Shown one piece after another: positions 57,965 to 64,000 of a stretch of DNA of 64,000 nucleotides (the first letter of the stretch is position 1; each line of letters opens with the position of its first letter). The DNA is from Anthoceros angustus (taxonomy: Eukaryota; Plantae; Anthocerotophyta), in contig MU008166.1 of the NCBI GenBank assembly GCA_010909165.1, forward strand, positions 1,674,001 through 1,738,000, in the 5' to 3' direction. Both the position numbers and the translations under genes were made by a program. Below the pieces are notes generated by a model that saw only the letters and a program-made list of their open reading frames with translations, ran no database searches and was not told the origin of the DNA.

Positions 57965-60130
57965 ATGATGGATTTATCGAATCCATCTATCTCATGCGTT
58001 GTTTGTCTTGGCCTGGCCATTGCCATGCTCAGCTCCAAGACTCTAGCTCACGCTAACATTCCATATTCCCAAACCCAGCAGCTGAAAAGGGACCAAGCGG
58101 AGCAGCAATTTCTGGAGTGGGGACGCCAAGTTCAGGAGAGATATAAAAGCCATCAGCAAAGCATTCAAAAAAACCGAACACCCCCAGACGTGGATGTGAT
58201 GTGGACTGGGTCTGGAAGGCACATCGTTGTGGATCAAAATGGGCAAGGAGATTACATGTCTGTGCAGGAAGCAATCCACTCAGTGCCGAATGGGAATGAC
58301 CAGTGGATCACTATTGATGTCAAGCCGGGCGTTTACAGGTGCTTTCTTCTTCTTGTTGCTCTTCTTCGAGTCCCGAACGTGTGGATACAGCTGCAGACAA
58401 AGTCCTCCCGTTCCCTTGGGTTGTAACTTGGTACGCAATGGTACGCACCCAGGGAGAAGGTGAACATCGGCAAGAAGAAGCCTTACATAACAATCCAAGG
58501 CTCGGGCAGAGAAGTCACCAGAATCGAGTGGAACTCGACGGCTAACGATACTACTGGTTACAGTGGTGAACGCTTAAAAACGTTCAAGAGTGCATCCTTC
58601 GCTGTGGATTCCGATAACTTCGTAGCCAGAGACATCAGCTTCGAAGTAAAATTCCTGGAACACCTTCTCCAGTAACTGCAATTCGGAGTCTCTCTGGCAC
58701 CTGCAATTTACGTTCTTATCAGGTATCACTCTACATGCGTGTGACCCCAGAACACAGCACCTATTCCCCCCCCAGGAGCAATTGGGGGCCAAGGTGTGGC
58801 GCTGCGCGTCTCAGGGGACAAGTCTGCTTTCTTCAATTGTGGCTTCTACGGTGCCCAAGACACTCTCTACGACCACCGTGGACGACACTACTTCGAAAGC
58901 TGCGAGATTGTGGGAACCGTGGACTTCATCTTCGGAGATGGGGTCTCAATGTACAAGGTAACATTGAAGCACTTGGAATCCTTCTGGCAATCACATTGCA
59001 GTTAGTCCTGTTTGCGCCTCCTGTTTGCACCTGACAGCATCTTCTGTGCTACTGCAGAATTGCAGCATGGTATCCATAGGGGAGGGTGCAATAACAGCAC
59101 AGCGTCGGGGAAATGATTCAGACCCCACGGGATTTTCCTTCGTCGACTGCAGTATCACGGGGAAAGGCCCAAGCTACCTGGGGCGGGCCTGGGGGCCATA
59201 CTCCCGGGTGGTCTTTGCCAGAACCTTGCTGGATGTGCCCCTGGCTGAAGGAGGATGGGATGACTGGAACGACCCAACTCGAGATTGGTAAGTCTGTTGA
59301 AACTTGAACACGTAGTAACGTTGAGCTGCAGATCTGTGAGGGATCAGCGTTCAGGATCACATCCCTTCCAACCTGTGTGATGCAGGCATGTGTTCTACGG
59401 TGCCCAAGACACTCTCTACGACCACCGTGGACGACACTACTTCAGCTGCGAGATTGTGGGAACCGTGGACTTCATCTTCGGAGATGGGGTCTCAATGTAC
59501 AAGGTAACATTGAAGCACTTGGAATCCTTCTGGCAATCACATTGCAGTTAGTCCTGTTTGCGCCTCCTGTTTGCACCTGACAGCATCTTCTGTGCTACTG
59601 CAGAATTGCAGCATGGTATCCATAGGGGAGGGTGCAATAACAGCACAGCGTCGGGGAAATGATTCAGACCCCACGGGATTTTCCTTCGTCGACTGCAGTA
59701 TCACGGGGAAAGGCCCAAGCTACCTGGGGCGGGCCTGGGGGCCATACTCCCGGGTGGTCTTTGCCAGAACCTTGCTGGATGTGCCCCTGGCTGAAGGAGG
59801 ATGGGATGACTGGAACGACCCAACTCGAGATTGGTAAGTCTGTTGAAACTTGAACACGTAGTAACGTTGAGCTGCAGATCTGTGAGGGATCAGCGTTCAG
59901 GATCACATCCCTTCCAACCTGTGTGATGCAGGCATGTGTTCTACGGGTTGTACAATTGTTCAGGGCCAGGAGCCAATGCTACCGACAAAGTGGCATGGAG
60001 CCACGAGCTCACGGATCTTGAAGCCGAGCCGTTTGTTGATCCCAGCTTCGTGGATGGACAAACCTGGCTTCCCTACTTCTGGATGGGCTTCAGCTGTTCG
60101 CAGTTCTTGAACAAGCCAAGCAGTTGCTAG
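57965..60130 (+). CDS. PME: Pectin methylesterase (no pro-domain type) with in-frame internal duplication of the catalytic core
   Basis: Signal peptide; [76 protein letters not shown]. Confidence 0.93.
58844..59946 (+). repeat. 549/546-bp tandem duplication inside PME
   Basis: Units start at 58844 and 59393; microhomology ttctacgg at 58844, 59393 and 59939; only difference seen is loss of one GAA codon. Confidence 0.97.
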
Positions 60131-60655
60131 GAAGACCGAGGAGCTGTAGGAAGTCGTCAAGTCCGAGAGCCGCATGTCTGTGACAGCAGCCTGTTTTTGC
60201 CCTGCACAGGGATGACCGTGATTTGCACATCCACACTGATATATAATAAGAGATCCCGCCAACGAGTGTGCTACAGAAGCAATCACGACAGGAGTGAAGG
60301 ACACATACTGCTGCACAAAAGTTGAACCCCACAGGCATGCAGGAGCCTACCTACTGTAGATGTCATGCCACACCTCCAGACTTAGGAACGCCAAAGGGCT
60401 TCTTGGGTGGTTTGTGAGGCATGTGTACATCCGTACTAGGGAGCAGGGATGCTTGTATTCTGGCTATCTCAAACATCAAACGCATTTGAAGGAGTACCGC
60501 ATCGCCGGATGAAGAGAATTTAAGCATATTTTTGCTTTGTATACTTGCGACTTCAACTTAAGGGAATTGTTATTGAAGCCGTTGTCTGTTCGTACGGGTG
60601 TGAAGATGACAGGCGCGGTAGTTGCACAAAAGTTGAACCGAAATAGGCATTCAAG

Positions 60656-60992
60656 AGATGGAGAGACTTTGTGTGATAAGAAAAAAGATAGAAAAAACAC
60701 CATCTACACCGAAAAAAAAGGGGTCAGCTCAACAAAGGGCATCAGGCCAAGGGGACTAACTCCTGTTATCGTTTTCTCAAAACTACCGACCACCCTAAGA
60801 ATCTCGTGATCGGGATAAGAAAGGCCTACCTACCGCCGCCGCCGAAGAAGCCGCCTCCCTTGCGCTAGTCGCCGTTCTGTACACCGCGTTCGCCAACGTC
60901 TTCTGCAGGACGATGGACACCCGTTGCTTGAAGAAAGATACAATACAAGAAAGGGGGAGACCAACCCCATTCCTGCGATCGTGGTAAGCCTT
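60656..60992 (-). mobile_element. CRE-like non-LTR retrotransposon 3' end (subfamily A), cut off by the adjacent copia
   Basis: Reverse complement aligns with 19270-19605 (AYHDRRNGVGLPLSCIVSFFKQRVSIVLQKTLANAVY and the 3' UTR). Confidence 0.88.
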
Positions 60993-63990
60993 AGAGTTTG
61001 AGGTGCTTTGCGAAAGCGTTTGATCAAAGTTTAGTGCTTTACTAATTGGTACAATTGATTACAAGAGGTGGGCTTTTATAGCACGTATGCGAAGAGTTGT
61101 ACCCCACTAGATAGGGGGTATGACCACGTTGGGTTAAGCTAATCTAACCATAACCAACGCTGCATTTCTAACTCTCCTCTCGACTAGTTGGGTTATCTAA
61201 ATCAAAGAACTAATAATCATTTGTTGGAGTATTGTATAAGTACTACGGTCTTCAACTAAACTCAACTCACCGATCGTCACCGTGCAAGTAAGATTGAAGC
61301 AAGCGGTCTACAATAGCTGTCAACTTCAAGTAACTGAACGTTCTGAGATAAGATGCGCCTCACCAAATGTGTGATCGGTCCAAAAAAGTCACATAAATCA
61401 ACCAATCCAAGCCCTTCTCTGGAAGCGTGTTTGAACTTCGCAAGGATTTTGTCGATTATATCTTTTGTATTGTGTACGTACATCTTGTACCTTAACAATT
61501 CCTCTCTCGGCGTCACGAATATAATGGTGTTGAATCTCAATATGCTTCGCGCATGAAAGAGGATTAGCGACAAGAGCAATGGCTGACATATTGTCGCAAT
61601 AAAGCAATGTTGGCCCTTCCTGCTTCATATCCAAATCTTCACATAGCTTTTTCCCATTCAAATTTTCGTGGCTTAGTGAGTGCTTTGTACTCGATTTGAT
61701 GAAAGTGATATTGCAGCTTGTTTTCTACAAGACCAATTAACAACAGTGGAGCCAGCAAGAAAGCAATATGCTGAGATACTTTTTCGGGTGTCAGCGTCTG
61801 AAGCCCAATCTGCATCGACAAAGCATGTCAGTAGCAGATGCTTCTTTCCGCTAGGCTTGAAGCAGAGGCCATAATTCTGAGTACCCTTGAGGTACCGCAT
61901 GATGCGCTTGAGAGCAACCCAATGATCCTTTCCTGGATTCTCTGAGAACCGAGCAACAACATTTACAGTATTTGAGATATCTGGTATGGTTTGATTACTC
62001 AAGAACATGAGAGTACCAACTCCCATACGATAAGGAATATTTTCCATCTCTTTCTTTCCTATTCAGATTGTGGATAGATAGTAGATGAAAGCTTAATACC
62101 TATGGCATCAGGTGTGACTGCCGCGCGCGCATTCTCCAAATTGAAGCGTTTTAACATACCAGCTACATATCTTCCTTGATGAAGATAGATAGCACCAGTG
62201 GTATCTCTATGTACATGCATTCCAAGAATATATTTAACTTTGTCGAGATCCTTCATCTCGAATTCTTTACTAAGGTCAGGTTTAATCTTATTAACTAGTT
62301 CAATATTGTTAACTAGTTTAATATTGTTGTCATGAATAACTAAGTCATCAACATATAGTGCAACCAGCACAAGGGAGCTGTCCTTGCGGAGTACATTGAT
62401 ATTGGTGTCTGCTTCACTTTGGATAAAACCTATCTTCTTAAGGTAAGAGTCCATTCTCTCATACCATAAACGTGGGCTTTGCTTTAGTCCATGAATGAAA
62501 CAAATAAGTTTACACACATTGTTTGGGTGTTGCTCATCTTCATAGTCTTCTGGTTGATCCATATAGATCTCTTCTTGCAGATGACCATAAACGAAAGCAA
62601 GACAAACATCAAGTCGATAAATTTCAGATTAAGCTCGCACATAAAGCCGTGGAGCATTCTCACTAAGCCCTTGACTACAGGTGAATAAACCTTATCGCCC
62701 TAATAGTCCACTCCCTGTTTCTGACTATAACCCTTAGCCACTAGTCTAGCTTTAGAGCGAATACGAGGTTCAACCTCCGGAATTTAGTTTTGAGAACCCA
62801 CTTGCATTTGACAGTCAGTTCGCCTTTAGGCAAGTTTACTAGAGTCCAAGTATTGTTTTTGATAAGAGAATTATATTCATCATCAATAGCGAACTTCCAC
62901 TTAGCTGCATCAGGTCGCGAATATGCCTCTTGCAGAGTGAGAGGATCTCCCTCTGAAGGGGCAACACTGAAGGTGTTGCAATGACCTGCATCACTGGTGG
63001 TGTAGTGTAGCCAGCTTGATTGAACTCTAAATCAAAGGGGATCTCATTCCAGAGGTGTCTCGGTTGATGATGACGCAAAGGATATCTTCGCTCAGGGGCT
63101 GGATCAAGCATAACTGGAGAAGGTGGAGCAGGAACAATCTTTGGGTCTTGAGGATTAAGAGCACCAAAGTCTTCTCTATTTTCATAAGGATCAACAATGG
63201 CCTGTTCATCTTCCCCCTCTCGAGCAGGAACAATAGGGATGGGAGCTGCTTGAGGTGAAGAGGCCAGGGATGGCGCAAAAGGTGCAGGACCAGAGTCAAG
63301 GAAAACAGAGGGCTGAGTCAAAAACTCAGGCATAAGGTCACCTGGGTCGGAAGAAGCAGTGTCGTCTGAAGGAGCCAAAGCAGAATCCATGGATACAGAA
63401 CAAGCAGATGCTAACCGAGCCTCATCAAAAGTGACAGTGCGAGCATATACAATAGCATGGGTATCCAAGTCAACCAGTTTATAAGCCTTATAGTCCTCGC
63501 CATAGCCAACAAATACCAGCTTGCGAGCTCGAGCAGAAAGCTTGTCGCGAAGCTGAGAGGGAAGAATAATATGATGAAGAGTGACTTCATCTAGGCCCAA
63601 GATAAGGATATGCCCAGCAAGCTTGTCTTGTTTCAACCAAGAGTCGAAGGCAGGCGAGGGCCCATTGGGCTTGAGGATAGACCCATCAACTATGCCAAGT
63701 AGATCTCTTGTATTCAAGACAGAACGCATACGTTTGGACCGTATTTCAAACTTAGTGCCATCGAAACGGTCCTTATCCTTAAAATCAGACGTCACATTCA
63801 TATAATTAATGATTGGAATGGGTGGCACATTTGAGGAAGGCATCAGTAAATATAATCAAGATAATAGTAAAGTTGTCGACGCTGAGTTATGACCCGGAGT
63901 CGAGAGCAACTTTAAAAGTTATAAACTTGATTTAGAATAATGAAGGAATAAAAACAATTAAGACTCAGAAGACCAGTGAACAATGGCTCT
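60993..63990 (-). mobile_element. Ty1/copia LTR retrotransposon, degenerate and internally deleted (gag fused to integrase C-terminus, RT, RNaseH, 3' LTR ~60993-61172)
   Basis: gag FDGTKF..MRSVL..DLLGIVDG; DKLSARARKLVFVGYG; GLKQSPRLW, LYVDDL, FEMKDL, PYRMGVG, DADWASD, YCDNMSAI, KHIEIQHH; PPT gagaggagag next to the LTR. Confidence 0.93.
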
Positions 63991-64000
63991 GTAAGAAGGA

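Overview
Eukaryotic land-plant nuclear DNA from a compact genome with short introns. A hornwort- or Selaginella-like origin is my inference; no search was run. Many single-base homopolymer indels suggest an imperfectly polished long-read assembly. The ends (1-6.3 kb and 60.6-64 kb) are decayed, nested Ty1/copia remnants. Genes or gene models, in order: RNA Pol III subunit RPC31 with a tandem partial copy, tRNA-Gly(TCC), a stand-alone SRA/YDG protein, a CECR5-like HAD-IIA hydrolase, an intronless WRI/ADAP-type AP2 factor, an F-box protein, an unknown acidic protein, a P-class PPR protein, aminoacylase-1, a SAUR, TRM7/FTSJ1, a DUF3128/EMI1-like protein, VPS26C/DSCR3 and a pectin methylesterase. 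Pseudogenes: two of HisRS (one with an internal inversion), two Z-ISO fragments and a DUF3128 copy. Other mobile DNA: a chromovirus (Ty3/gypsy) remnant, an ORF1-only LINE remnant and a non-coding subterminal-IR element. The main unannotated signal is four copies, in two subfamilies, of a CRE-like restriction-endonuclease non-LTR retrotransposon. Three have readable, mutually unrelated TSDs, one has its empty site elsewhere in the window, and all four share a 3' stem-loop. Microhomology-bounded tandem duplications are common, and one duplicates the catalytic core of the pectin methylesterase in frame.
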